Shown: piece by piece, positions 51,715-64,000 of the stretch | How positions within the stretch are numbered: position 1 is the stretch's first letter | Layout of the letters: each line of letters starts with the position of its first letter | DNA from: Octopus sinensis | Lineage: Eukaryota | DNA: 64,000 nucleotides | NCBI RefSeq assembly: GCF_006345805.1 | Contig: NC_043003.1 | Span: forward strand, 115,692,001 to 115,756,000 | Direction: 5' to 3' | Program-made: the position numbers and the translations under genes | The notes under the pieces: model-generated | The model's input: the letters and a program-made list of their open reading frames with translations, nothing else | Database searches by the model: none | What the model was told of the DNA's origin: nothing

Positions 51715-52352
51715 TCTATATATCTGAGAGAAATGGATACTCTTTGACAACAGCAGGACAACAGGAAAGTGATTAGATGCAGGAGAGTCACTTAAACACT
51801 ACCCAAACTCACCTCTGCACCCTAAAAAGTTAGTGGTCGCTTTATGGTGATCTGCAAAGGGAATTATTCATTATTCATTTTTACAACAAGGAAAAATAGT
51901 AACAGCAACATACTATTGCCAGGAAATTGATTGTATCCATGAAAATTTTAAAAAGAAGCAACCCAGACTAGTGAATAGAAAAGGCCCAATTTGGCGCCAC
52001 GGCAATGCACGTCCTCACACTCCACAAGCTACGGTCCAAAACCTGCAAAGCCTGGATTATGAGAATTTGCAACATCCTCCCTATACCACTGATATCTCTC
52101 CTACTGATCATCACTTATTGAATCATATTGAACTTTTCATAAGCAATAAAACATGCTTAAATAGTGAAGAGTTAATTGAAAGATTCGGACAGTTTATCAC
52201 AGTTTAAGATGGAATATATGACAAACGGAAACGATGGGTAAACGTCATAAATGATCATGGATCCTATTTTGATTAAATGAATCAGTTCTTTAACACTTCT
52301 GAAGCATTTTAGTGTTACCTTTCAAATATAGCATTTCATGTGAAAAACCTAA
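51715..52352 (+). mobile_element. Decayed mariner transposon, 3' half with right TIR
   Basis: EKWILFDN, HPKKLVVALW, YYCQEID, VNRKGPIWRHGNARPH, HPPYTTDISPTDHHL; end ...aaaaacctaa|ta. Confidence 0.85.
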
Positions 52353-52411
52353 TATATTTATATATATGTATGGATGTATATATACATATATATATGTGTG
52401 TGTGTGTGTTC

Positions 52412-52490
<79 letters not shown>

Positions 52491-52699
52491 TAGAGATTAT
52501 GAATCTGCGGAGAGAGAAAGAGAGAAAGAGATAGAGACTATGAATGTGCGGAGACAGAGAGAAAGAGATAGAGATTATTTCGAATATGCTGCGAATATGA
52601 GAGAGGAGAAGCAAAGAGATAACGCCGGAAAAAATGTTATGTAATGAAATCCATTATCTTACGTCTGTTTCTGCAATAAAAAGTGGTGGATTTTTATTT

Positions 52700-53139
52700 G
52701 AGTGCCAAGGTAACAGGGTAACATCCTATAGCTTCATCAGAGCCTTGAATATGACGTGAACTTGGTTTAGGAAAGTTACGTTTTCAGAACATACACCTGT
52801 ATGTTCTGAAAATGTATCTTTCTCAAGTAAAGTGGACTTCATATCAAAGGCTCTGATTAAGCTATAGGTTGTTATTCTTTAAAAAGGCGGCGAGCTGACA
52901 GAAACGTTAGCATGCCGGGTGAAATGCTTTGCGGTATTTCGTCTGTCGTTACGTTCTGAGTTCAAATTCCGCCGAGGTCGACTTTGCCTTTCATCCTTCC
53001 GGGGTCGATAAATAAAGTACCAGTTTCGCACTGGGGTCGATGTAATCGGCTTAATCCGTTTGTCTGTCCTTGTTTGTCTCCTTTATGTTTAGCCCCTTGT
53101 GGGTATTAAAGAAATATATAGGTTGTTATCCTGGTACTC
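52700..53139. mobile_element. ~190-bp palindromic MITE interrupted by a SINE-C (52876-53116, 13-bp TSD tataggttgttat)
   Basis: cctatagcttcatcagagcc...ttttcagaacatac mirrored by gtatgttctgaaaa...ggctctgattaagctatagg; ends gagt/actc. Confidence 0.78.
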
Positions 53140-54321
53140 AACGAAGAGTATACTATTAACATAGCCGAAACAGTTGTCAGCTAATGGAGTTTATTATGTA
53201 ACATTCTTTGGTGGCTGTGATATCCCTTTCTTTTCTATTGTCACTCTATATTCATATGACATTGTTGGCTGGACTTTACATATATTTAATTCTACATCAG
53301 GCTATACCTAAGCGCAATCTTCTATGCGTGTGTGTGTGTGTGTTCACTTAACCAGTTTCAAATTTCATGATCAAACGCGTATACTAAGTGGAGCTGCGTC
53401 GCAAATTATCTTTTCTAGCCTTTGTTCTAAAAGCCGTTCGTGTTTCTAGAGATGGAATATGGTGGAGATCGGACATTAACTTACAGATAGATCGATTGAG
53501 GATGCTCACGTGCTGATAGCAAATTTCAGCTGTAGTTACTCTTAACAGTTATAAAATCCAAACAGTTTACAAGTAACATTTCTTTTTCAACCCTTTTCAC
53601 TACATCTCTAACCTAATAATTAATATTTCATATCATTAATGGATGTTAATTAATTCTTGTTTGGTTAAAATTTCATTGGAAATTCTATTATTGTAAATTT
53701 TACATTTTGAAACAATTATTTTGTGCTTAGTACGCTGTAATACGACTTCAATTATTATCGCTTACATTAAATATAAAAAATTTAAATATTAAAAATCTCC
53801 ATTGTTTTAAGCCATTAATGTTAAAATTCCTTTCGTTTCATATATTCCGATTTCGTGGATTCATAATTTTTAGAACTTTCCGTGTCTACAGTTTTATAGT
53901 TTTTACAATTTTCGTCATACCTGTTTTTTCATAATTTTCAACTTGCTATGTGTTTTTAAAACAATTACAATCAAGAAAACTTTACTTTAAATGCATTCTA
54001 AACAAAAAGATTTATTCCGTTTTGTATTTAAATTTAAACTCCGTTACTATTTGAAGCTTAATCCTTTAATTTCCTCAGTGGCTTATTTTTGAGCGTTTCC
54101 ACGATTAATTAGACAAACATTTTCACTACTAATTGTGATTATTACACTTCTCAAAACCGAACTCTGAAACTTAAATCGCACAGTTCATTTCTAATTTCAT
54201 AATGTTATCTTTATATATCACACTCTTTTAACTACCCTATGATTGAAACAGTTTTTTCATTTACACCCTCATTGCCTTCCTGTACCACTGTATTTATAAT
54301 GTCACAATATTTAACCATTTC

Positions 54322-55080
54322 AAGGCGACGAGCTGGCAGAAACGCTAGCAGGCCGGGGTAAATGCTTAGCGGTATTTCGTCTGTCGTTACGTTGTGAGTT
54401 TAAATTCCGCCGACGTCGACTTTGCCGTTCACCCTTTCGGGGTCGATTAATTAAGTACCAGTTACGCACTGGGGTCGATGTAATCGACTTAATGCCTATG
54501 TCTGTCCTTGTCTGTCCCCTCTATGTTTAGCCCCTTGTGGGTAGTAAACAAATAGGTATTGCGTCTGCCGCTACGTTCTGAGATCAAATTCCGCCGAGGT
54601 CGACTTTGCCTTTCATCCTTTCGGGGTCAATAAATTAAGTACCAGTTACGCACTGGGCGATGTAATCGACTTAATCCGTTTGTCTGCCTTTGTTTGTCCC
54701 GTGTTTAGCCCCTTGTGGGTAGTAAAGATATAGGTATTTCGTCTGCCGCTACGTTCTGAGCTCAAATTCCACCGAGGTCGACTTTGCCTTTTATCCTTTC
54801 GGGGTCGATTAAATAAGTACCAGTTGCGCACTGAGGTCGATATAATCGACTTAATCCGTTTGTCTGTCCTTGTTTTCCCTCTCTGTGTTTAGCCCCTTGT
54901 GGGCAGTAAAGATATAGGTATTTCGTCTCTCTTTGTGTTCTGAGCTCAAATTCCGCTGAGGTTGACTTTGCCCTTCATCCTTTCGCAGCCGATAAATTAA
55001 TTACCAGTTGCGCACTGGGTCGATCTAATCCGCTGGTTCCCTCCACCAAAAATTCTGTTCTCGTGCTTAGATTAGAGAAG
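54322..55080 (+). mobile_element. SINE-C concatemer: one head plus four bodies, within a single 16-bp TSD
   Basis: Units start at 54324, 54555, 54733 and 54917; aatatttaaccatttc at 54306-54321 and 55081-55096. Confidence 0.9.
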
Positions 55081-55339
55081 AATATTTAACCATTTCTCTT
55101 TTTACTATTAGTTGATGGCTCTTCATTCTAATCTGAAAGTCACATCAGGAATTTCTTACTCCATTTCAGATATAGATTTATTAACCGATCAATTTCAATC
55201 CTTGAATTTTCTCATCATTCGTAGATTATGGAACTAAACTATAGAGTTATGTAATAGATTTTTTTTGTATTTTATTTACATAATTTTGTTGCTGATCCTT
55301 ACCTTCTTCCTCAGCCAGTTTTTGCTTTCTTGATTTTGA

Positions 55340-55558
55340 AAATATTCTATTCAACTCTAGGCACAGTGCCCGAAATTCTTGGGGTGGGGGCCAGTGGATT
55401 GAATCGACGCCAGTACGCAACTGGTACTTAATTTATCGACCTCGAAATGATGAAATGCAAATTCGACTTCGGTGGAATTTGAAATCAGAACGTAAAGACA
55501 GAAGAAATACCGCTAAACATTTCGCCCGTTGTGTTAACGTTTTTGCCAGCTCGCCGTC
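55340..55558 (-). mobile_element. Older SINE-C with alternative tail
   Basis: Reverse complement of the family C head and core; tail ccccaagaatttcgggcactgtgcctagag. Confidence 0.8.
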
Positions 55559-55859
55559 TTCGGTTTCGAAAATATTGTTAAATTACTTAACGCGAGAATT
55601 TTGTTTGATTCTGCAACAACATTAAATAAAGGCTGCATTAGAAAACTCATTACAATTATTTTACGAATCAGCTGCACATTTCCATAGGTGATTTTAATTA
55701 ATAGATTTATTATTTATTAATTAATTGGTCCATTGATTTATTCATTGGATTTAATCTCAATATTCGAATATATTTAATTACTTAAGTTAAATAAATTCAA
55801 TATGAAAATGCTACCGTCGTCTCATAAATAATGATGCAATCTACCTACACCGACATTTC

Positions 55860-56047
55860 TTTCTTTCTTCTTCCTCCTCTTCTTCTTCTTCTTCTTCTTC
55901 TTCTTCTTTTCCTTCCTCTTCTACTTCTTCTTCTTCTTTTCCTTCCTCTTTTTCTTCTTCTTCTTCTTCTTCTTCTTCTTCTTCTTCTTCTACTTCTTCT
56001 ACTTCTTCTACTTCTTCTACTTCTTCTTCTTCTTCTTCTTCTTCTTA

Positions 56048-56112
<65 letters not shown>
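55860..56112. repeat. (CTT)n followed by (ATT)n
   Basis: Directly visible; gives the poly-L/poly-I pseudo-ORF. Confidence 0.97.
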
Positions 56113-56114
<2 letters not shown>

Positions 56115-56179
56115 TCTTCTCCTTCAGCTTTTGCTTATTATTGGCGATTTGACTCGGGTTCGTTCTTATGCCTTATAGA

Positions 56180-57410
56180 ACTGATATAGTCGTCGGGTTA
56201 CTCCCTCTAACCTCAGGTATCCACACCTTTAATGTGTTCATATATTCTGGGGTAGATTGATATATATAAGCTATTTGATGACGTCGACGTCTACACCTCA
56301 CAGATCTCTGAGGTTGTTTGCCAGACTCTCAAGTAATTGTGGATCCCTCAAACATAGGCTGTTACACTGGGTCTTTATTCGAAATCGAATAGACAAGATC
56401 TTAGGTATTATGCAATGCCATCCAATTGGTATAACTTTTAATTCCAAAGTTAAGAGCTAGATCTTTCCAGGGAGTGGATCTTCAGTTCTTTTAGCCTCTC
56501 CTTGTCGCTCATCTGTTTCACCGAGTCAACCTTCCTTGTGCAGTGACACTGAATTTCCTCAAGCTTAGTCACCGGTTTGACGTCCTATGGCGACCACTGT
56601 TGGGAGCAGTAATCTAAACGACTGACAACGAAAGTTCTCCACATGAGTAGCAAGCTATCCTTATTTCTGGTTCCGTATAAGAATGAAACCAGTGACTCAT
56701 ATGCACAATGTTTTTATGTTGGTGATATGCACATAGAAGGTTGTATCATTGTCATCTAAATTCCCAGATCACGCACCGACTCTAACTCTGGATTGAACAA
56801 TCCCTGCTCCTGTGAATTTCGATTTTAGTCTGTTTGGGGCCGATGGAGGTGTGCTTGAAACGTCTCAGGATTGGCCGCATATTATTTTCGTTAGCTAATT
56901 TGTGTATTCCTTGCAAGTCATTATGTAGGTTTAGTATGTCGCTAGGGCCCTTGATCACCAGCGATATGTTTGTATCATCAGCATAGCAGGAGAGAGTGAC
57001 TGACTGTTCAGTTGAGGGCATGTGTGAGAAAGTCGCTACTAAGAGTACTGGTCCCAATATAGTTCCTTGAGGAACCTCGCTGCAGACTGATGCTTCCCCA
57101 CAGAAATCGACATTGACTTCAAGTGTCTGACTTCCGTGCTTCGCAGTGTCACTCAGCCATACTCCTAGTTTTCCGGTGATACCAAAGTCACGTAGATTGG
57201 AACATATTATTCCATAGTATATCACAATTATTTGAAAAGGGTTGATAAACTCGATATTAATTACTTTGACATTCGAATCTTTGAGTTGATGTCTGAGTAA
57301 CGACCCATAACGTTGTAGTAACGGAGGGGGGGGGGAAGCTCCTTCCCGGACGGAAACCACGTTGTGTATTTGTGAGCAAGTTATTTTCTTCCAAGAACGT
57401 GACCTGTCAC
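56180..57410 (-). pseudogene. Older, more decayed CR1-like LINE RT fragment
   Basis: LRDFGITGKLGVWL, SEVPQGTILGP, YADDTN, WRTFVVSRLDYCSQQWSP, ERLKELKIHSLER. Confidence 0.82.
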
Positions 57411-57844
57411 TTTCTGATAATGCGCTCCATATAAAGTCGGAAGGATACGGCTGTAATTTATACCCTCAGCTCTGCCTCCTTCTATATTTACAGGGAATAT
57501 GATAGCTTCTTTTAACAGTTGAGGTGGTTTGCAATACGCAAGGAAACAGAAAACGTATCATCATTGGTTTTGCAAGAAATTTCCATAAGCGGCGGAAAAT
57601 AACATGTAAGAAATCACAGTTTCGCAAGAGTTCAAAATGTTATTTCCCACCATTTAATCGACGCCCAATTTTATAGAACTCCCGTATAATTGAACACTTG
57701 AATTAGCTGTAATGTGTTTCTAAACGGAATGCTACTGAAACAATCGCATACGATAGCAAATTTCATGCTATACATGCATGCATACATATATATGTGTGTG
57801 TATATATCCATAAATACATATCTCTAAATATATATGTATATATG

Positions 57845-57896
<52 letters not shown>

Positions 57897-57906
57897 ATAT
57901 ATTATT

Positions 57907-57960
<54 letters not shown>

Positions 57961-58023
57961 TTGTGTATGTAATATATACATATATATATTTAGCCTGTTT
58001 GGGGCCGATATATATATATATTT

Positions 58024-58059
<36 letters not shown>

Positions 58060-59209
58060 GAGAGAGAGTAAGATAAAGAGATACACGTATGTATGTAGGC
58101 ATGCAGTTATGGATGTATTATACACATATTGATATATCCTTTGTATCCACGAACGCATATATATGGAAGAAAGCTGCTATTCACCAGTTATGCAGACAGC
58201 GGTGAACATTTATAATTAGCACTCGGAAAATTTCTAAACTTGTGAAGTTTATTCTGAGATGGGAACGTCAATCAGACGTTAAAAATACCGCAGTCGAATA
58301 ATTAAGTTTGCTTTCATTGAAAGAAAATCTCTTTGAGGTGATAGAGTTATTTGTAAGGAGCAACTTAAATAAGAAATATCTGATCCCAAACAGGTTATAT
58401 TATTGAGATGAAAGAGACGCTCTGAGATCAACTATTGATTCTTCTTATTAAAATCTCCTTTCACTAAGCGCTTATTAATGAAAAACGTACGATATATAAT
58501 ACACGTTGGCAGTACCGAAAAAGCAAATACATAGAGAAAACACAAACAAAACCTATGATTTTATAAATATATAAACTAGCAAAGCGTTAAAAAGAAGGGA
58601 AAAAATGAACAGAATACATGACTAAATAGCAGAGAAGTAAGAGAGAATATGCAGGTCAGTTTTAATAGCATCAATTTCTATTTGTAGGAATCTTGCTTAA
58701 ATTTATCTTACTAAATTAATCTTATCAACGTCACTCATTTCCCCCTTCTCGTTGCTCTGAAAATACAGGAATTATGAACACATGTATAGCAATAGACTGA
58801 CACATTTATACATCAGTAAGTGTGATATACACTCACATATACACCGACAAACATTCATACAAAACTTGTACGTGTGCACACTTGAATGATATAACTGTGT
58901 GTGAGCGTAAGTGTGCATGCACGCATGCGTACATGCGTATACTATGGAGAGTAAGATAGATTACCAGTCACAGGCAAACACATACATACATATATTTATA
59001 TTTATATATATATATATGAATATACTTCTTTACACACATATATATTTTATAATTGTATAAATATAGTGTATGTATATACATTTGTGTATATACATACATG
59101 TACATAATATATATGTATATAAATATAAATATATATAATGTATATTTTATATATATATGTGAGTGTGCGTGTGTGTGTGTGTGTGTGTGTGTATTTATAT
59201 CTGTGTGTA

Positions 59210-59325
59210 CAGATAGATAGTTAAATAGATAGATAGACAGATAGATAGATAGACAGACAGAAGGATAGACAGATATAGATAGTTAGATAAATAGACAGGC
59301 AGACAGATAGATCGATCGGTCGATG

Positions 59326-59359
<34 letters not shown>

Positions 59360-59375
59360 AGATAGATAGATAGAT

Positions 59376-59418
<43 letters not shown>

Positions 59419-59450
59419 CAGGCAGACAGACAGACAGATACGTACATACA
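59210..59450. repeat. (GATA)n/(GACA)n microsatellite
   Basis: Directly visible. Confidence 0.95.
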
Positions 59451-59899
59451 TGCATACATACATAGGTAGATAGCTACACAGAGATCGACCGATTGATATT
59501 TAGATTGCATATGTGTATGCATATAGGTACATGTGTACATGTGTGTGTACGCGCCATTGTGAAGGCATTTGTGGCTGCTGAGTCGGTAAATCAATGATTT
59601 TTACGGAAATAATCTATTTGAAAAAAACTGTTTCTCCGAATTGTTACCCGTCACTTCCATTTGGTCTTCCCTCTCACTTATTGTATAGATATGATATAGG
59701 GGGGGGTATAGTGGTTATGAGTGTGTAAGCAGAGAAGCAATGAATATGCGTTTAAATTGCTGAGGTGAATATGAATATTATTTGTATGTGTTCAGGTGTG
59801 TCGTTTGTTATGAGTATTGATATGTTTGCATATGTATGTATGTATGTAGTGTTATGTATGTATGTATGTATGTATGTATGTATGTATGGACATACATTA

Positions 59900-60361
59900 T
59901 ATATAACATATAATATATATAGATATATATATTATGTATATAATATATATATACATATATATAATAAATATATATATATACAAACATAGATATATATATA
60001 TGTATTTTTTCCTAATGCATATATATATATATATATATATATACACAATATATATATACATACATATAATATATACATATATATTATATATAACGTATAT
60101 ATATATATATGTATATATATATATGTATGTATATAATATGTGTATATATATATATAATATACATTAGGAAAAAACATATATATTATCTATGTATGTATAT
60201 ATATATATGTATATATATATATATACATATTATATTATACATATATAATATTACATACATAGATATATATATATGTATTTTTTCCTAATGTATATATACA
60301 TATATATAATATATTATATATACATACATAGATATATATATATATGTATTTTCCTAATGTG

Positions 60362-60393
<32 letters not shown>

Positions 60394-60590
60394 GAGATAT
60401 ACAGACATAGATATATATATATATAGTATATATATATATATAATTACACATAATATATATATATATATTATATATATGGATATATATACATATATATATC
60501 TAGATATATATAATAGATATACTATATATACATACACTATATTTATATATATATATAATATTATATATAATAATATATACACATACATTA
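59900..60590. repeat. Complex (TA)n-rich tract with direct and inverted copies of tattttcctaatg
   Basis: Motif at ~60003, ~60276 and ~60346 (plus) and ~60162 (minus). Confidence 0.8.
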
Positions 60591-60885
60591 GCGAATCACT
60601 AAATTATCCAATTATTTGGATGACGAAATACTAATGACGAACCGAGTTCGGGAAGAGTCGAAGTCGAGCTGTCTTAACTGATGAAGGAGCGGAAATTGTC
60701 GAAACTGAAGCGTCAGTATTAAGAATTCTCGATCGGTACTTTTCGAATGATTATGATCGCTGTTCGTTTAGATGCTTCCATTCATGTGCGTTAACTACGG
60801 CATTGGCTCAGTATTTATTGACGTCAGCAATTCTCCTTTTTGGTGCAACATCGCAAACTGCTGTTTATATTATTTATATCTAAGT
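60590..60885 (+). mobile_element. (TA)n-flanked PLE-like remnant with hammerhead-like core at 60673-60723
   Basis: ctgatgaa...gtc-gaaac-tgaagc-gtc; canonical CUGAUGA, GAAAC and GUC present. Confidence 0.45.
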
Positions 60886-61058
60886 TATATATATATATAG
60901 CTAAGATATGTTTCGACCAAAGAATGGTCCTGGTCGTGCCTAGCTTAATAGGATTAGCTAAATGTTTTCGCAGTCAAGATTTGTAATATCAAAGTCCATT
61001 CGACTAGGGAGTTCTTATTGCGTTAGTTATATCCAGATATATGTGGCTTATATAGTAT

Positions 61059-61098
<40 letters not shown>

Positions 61099-61100
<2 letters not shown>

Positions 61101-61230
61101 TTTATAGAAAAACAAAAGACGAAGACGTTCAGGAAAATGAAGTATTTTACTTTTCGAGCTACTCTCTTCAGCAGAAGGGAATAAGAGAAAAATATGCAGA
61201 AATTGAAAATATGTACTTATGTGTTTATGC
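61099..61230 (-). mobile_element. (TA)n-abutting PLE-like element, same family as 48486
   Basis: Minus strand ctgctgaagagagtagctcgaaaagtaaaatac...cttcgtcttttg. Confidence 0.5.
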
Positions 61231-61520
61231 ATACATGTATGTATATATGTGTGGGTGTGAACATTACATACATATAAATATATACGTGAACAGAGGGACA
61301 ACCTGACAGAGAAAGCAGTAGACTGTGAGAGAGACAGGCAGATACGTAATCGTATAGTTTTCGTAAAATATATTTTGAGCTTATCCACATTGCCAATGCT
61401 AGATTATGCTCGTAAGTAATTGGTAGTGTTTCATCCATCAGCTGACCGCACGCTAACAAACACTGCCTGCATTAAATGTTGGACCAAATTTTATCCAAGA
61501 CAGAATGGACTTGACTTTTC

Positions 61521-61933
61521 GGATCTTTTTGGTTTGAACGGCAGTTTTTTCTAGCGGTGTCATATGAAATTGTCACCCATAATTATGACCCTAGTATCGA
61601 TCTATTGCATTTCAATCTGTTTTAGGGTTAGGGTTAGTTAGGGTTAGGGTTAGGGGTGGGGGAAGGGTATTTTTTTTCTCCACAAATGTAAATAAACCTA
61701 ATCTGTTTCTCATACGGCACATAATGTTGTTTACCTCGATGGACGTCAGTGATTGGTTGAAATTGCAGAAATTGAAGAAAAAAACAACAAATATATTACA
61801 AACTATAGAATTTTCTCAATAAAGCCAATAGAAAAAGATGTTTTATAAACACATTCTACAAGTATACCATGTTTAAATGTTTTTAGTTACCTAGAAATTA
61901 TGTTAAAAGCTGCCGTTCAAACCGAAAAGATCT
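61521..61933 (+). mobile_element. MITE with GGATC-TIRs, 8-bp TSD and internal TTAGGG repeats
   Basis: TSD gacttttc/gaattttc; ttagggttagggttagttagggttagggttagggg at 61622-61655. Confidence 0.87.
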
Positions 61934-62837
61934 GAATTTTCCTGTAAAGTAGTCGGAGCCTAATGTTACCGTGGAGCATGTTTCGAATAAAATTTTGGCC
62001 AGAGACATGTAAGGCTTTTGGGATCGTATTTTTTAAAACTAATTTTGGTCTTTATATAAGATATATCACTGATAGCATAACTGACATTGGAAGGTGTAAT
62101 ACGTCTATAGCGTAGCTAAGTTTATATCATGTCCGATTAATACACATACATTTAACAGGCTGAAGAATTCACTACAGCTTTTCATTATATCTTGGAAAAT
62201 GTTAATAAGTCAAAATACCCACAAATGCTAGAGACATTAGTGTATGCGTGTGAAGAAAGTAAGCCCTCACCCGCCCAACAACTGCCACGGCTGGTGCAAA
62301 GATTCGTCTGTGAAACTAATATTTATTGCAATAAGGAAGTCCAGAAAAGAGTACTTTTGTTTCTGGCGTGAGACAATTTCTGCCGAATGTAATAATTCGT
62401 ATTACTTCCAGGAAGTAAAGAAAATATATATTTCAGATCAGCAGATTTAGATTCAATTATACCATTATGTTAATTTTTTTTCCTCGTGAAGACAAGCAAA
62501 CAGTGCGACACAACGATTTTAAAGTAAGGAAATAATAATACAGCTCAATGACTGGATGTTAGAACAAGTTTATTAAGGAGGAAATATTAAAGATTCTTGT
62601 TCCTGACGCGAAAGACACCAAGATGATATACATGTCACGCAGTGTCCCCAGTTGCCCAGTTATTGTAAGGAAGATAATCTAAAATTTCAATGGCCTTTTA
62701 TTATGCTAACCACGGAATATTAAGATAACATAACTCCTTTCATTTCAACAGAGAAAAATATATACAGCTGTAATTCAGTAAGACATCTATGTATATATTA
62801 TATCATATCTATCTAGCTGTCTATCTATTTATCTATA

Positions 62838-62893
<56 letters not shown>

Positions 62894-64000
62894 GTTCTGT
62901 GTGTGTGTTGTGTCTGTATATGTGTGTGTGCGTGTTAGATATATAAAAAATGTATATAGTTTTAGATATGCATCTACTGATTTCTTCATGCCATATCTTA
63001 AAGGAAAAACGACAAATTATAATCACAAAACATCGTTTAGCAAAATATTTTCTGATAGTTGTTTACCAAAGAGAATATTTAAATATATACGACAGCATCC
63101 GTAGACACAAATATGTATATAACCTGACATACACTCATATACATATACAACAAAAAACCCGTTCACACACACATACGCGCATATATATATATATATATAT
63201 GCCTGTATGCATGCTTGTATGTATTATGTATGTGTGTATGTATGCGTGTATCATAAGCAATGTGATTGATATGTAAATTTCAGACGTTTTCTTAGTGTCT
63301 TAAATGCATCGAAGGAATACTAAGCGATATTCCTACTTGAATATTTAAATTATCAATGATTTTTCCGAGTGCAGCGCTTTCATCGTTTGAATTTTTTTCT
63401 CAATATCTTAAAATGTTTCGAATTTTCGCTAGCTAGTCACTTACGATTGTACGAGCTTATATTCATTTAACGATGAAAAAGGAAGGCAGAAAAAAAATTT
63501 AAATAGTATATCTCATATTGATTATGCAAATTTCTCAGGTAAATGGTAACTTATATGTATGTGCCTGTTTGTATATTAGCGTATATATGAATGTGTACTT
63601 GTGTATGTCTCTATACCTGTTGCTTGTGTTTATGTGTCTGAGCAAGTGTCTGTATCTGCATGTGTATCTGCTCCTTGTGCATTTTTCTAGTTTTTTAAAG
63701 GGAACATCTTGAATATGCAAATAAAGCTCCTATCCATTATACCGGCCAAAGTTTAATGACAATAACTATTGAACAAATCTTAAGTGTTGCATCGCACTGT
63801 ACCAAAAGATGGAGGATAAATATAACAATAATCAAAATAATCCTTTGATAGAATTAATAAATATCTAAAGCATTACTACGCTTGTTTCCACAATTCACTT
63901 ATCTCTTAAGATTACAGTGTTGATCGCGATTTCACAATTTTTTAATTCTTGTTTTATACTTATTGTTTCCTCCAGTTAAGAGCAACGCCCAACGCTTGAT

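Noticed and set aside
54324-55080. CRISPR-like or satellite array
   Set aside because: Units are SINE bodies with no unique spacers, in a eukaryotic context
57430-57700. Possible pogo/Tigger-like remnant
   Set aside because: No clear TIR pair or transposase motif
60905-60945. gacc..ggtc-gaaac hairpin on the minus strand as another hammerhead
   Set aside because: Upstream core does not resemble CYGANGA; not counted
61622-61655. Chromosome end or telomere-healing site
   Set aside because: The repeats are internal to a TIR/TSD-bounded MITE

Overview
AT-rich, repeat-dominated eukaryotic DNA with no recognisable host protein-coding gene. Its repeat content points to an Octopus (coleoid cephalopod) intergenic or intronic region; this is an inference from the SINE families and the very dense (TA)n/(CA)n/(GATA)n microsatellites. 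Supported contents: (1) four tRNA-headed SINE families, labelled here A-D, many with target-site duplications (TSDs); (2) 5'-truncated CR1-like and RTE LINE fragments and a decayed ORF1-like segment; (3) four Tc1/mariner transposase remnants; (4) four non-autonomous Helitrons; (5) several palindromic MITEs, plus an 8-bp-TSD MITE carrying TTAGGG repeats; (6) short, mostly (TA)n-associated Penelope-like remnants. Most ORFs in the supplied track are microsatellite translation artefacts. The most interesting signals are: a recurring variant hammerhead-ribozyme-like fold (core CCGANGAA...GAAAC-palindrome-GUH, with covarying helices) in several unrelated short elements; a 3' stem-loop tail shared by SINE-B and the CR1-like LINE; a 4-unit SINE concatemer bracketed by one perfect 16-bp TSD; a 62-bp TSD; and a 307-bp palindrome built from nested hairpins. 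Some duplications and inversions next to (TA)n tracts may be long-read assembly artefacts. All alignments were done by eye, so boundaries are approximate and no database search was run.
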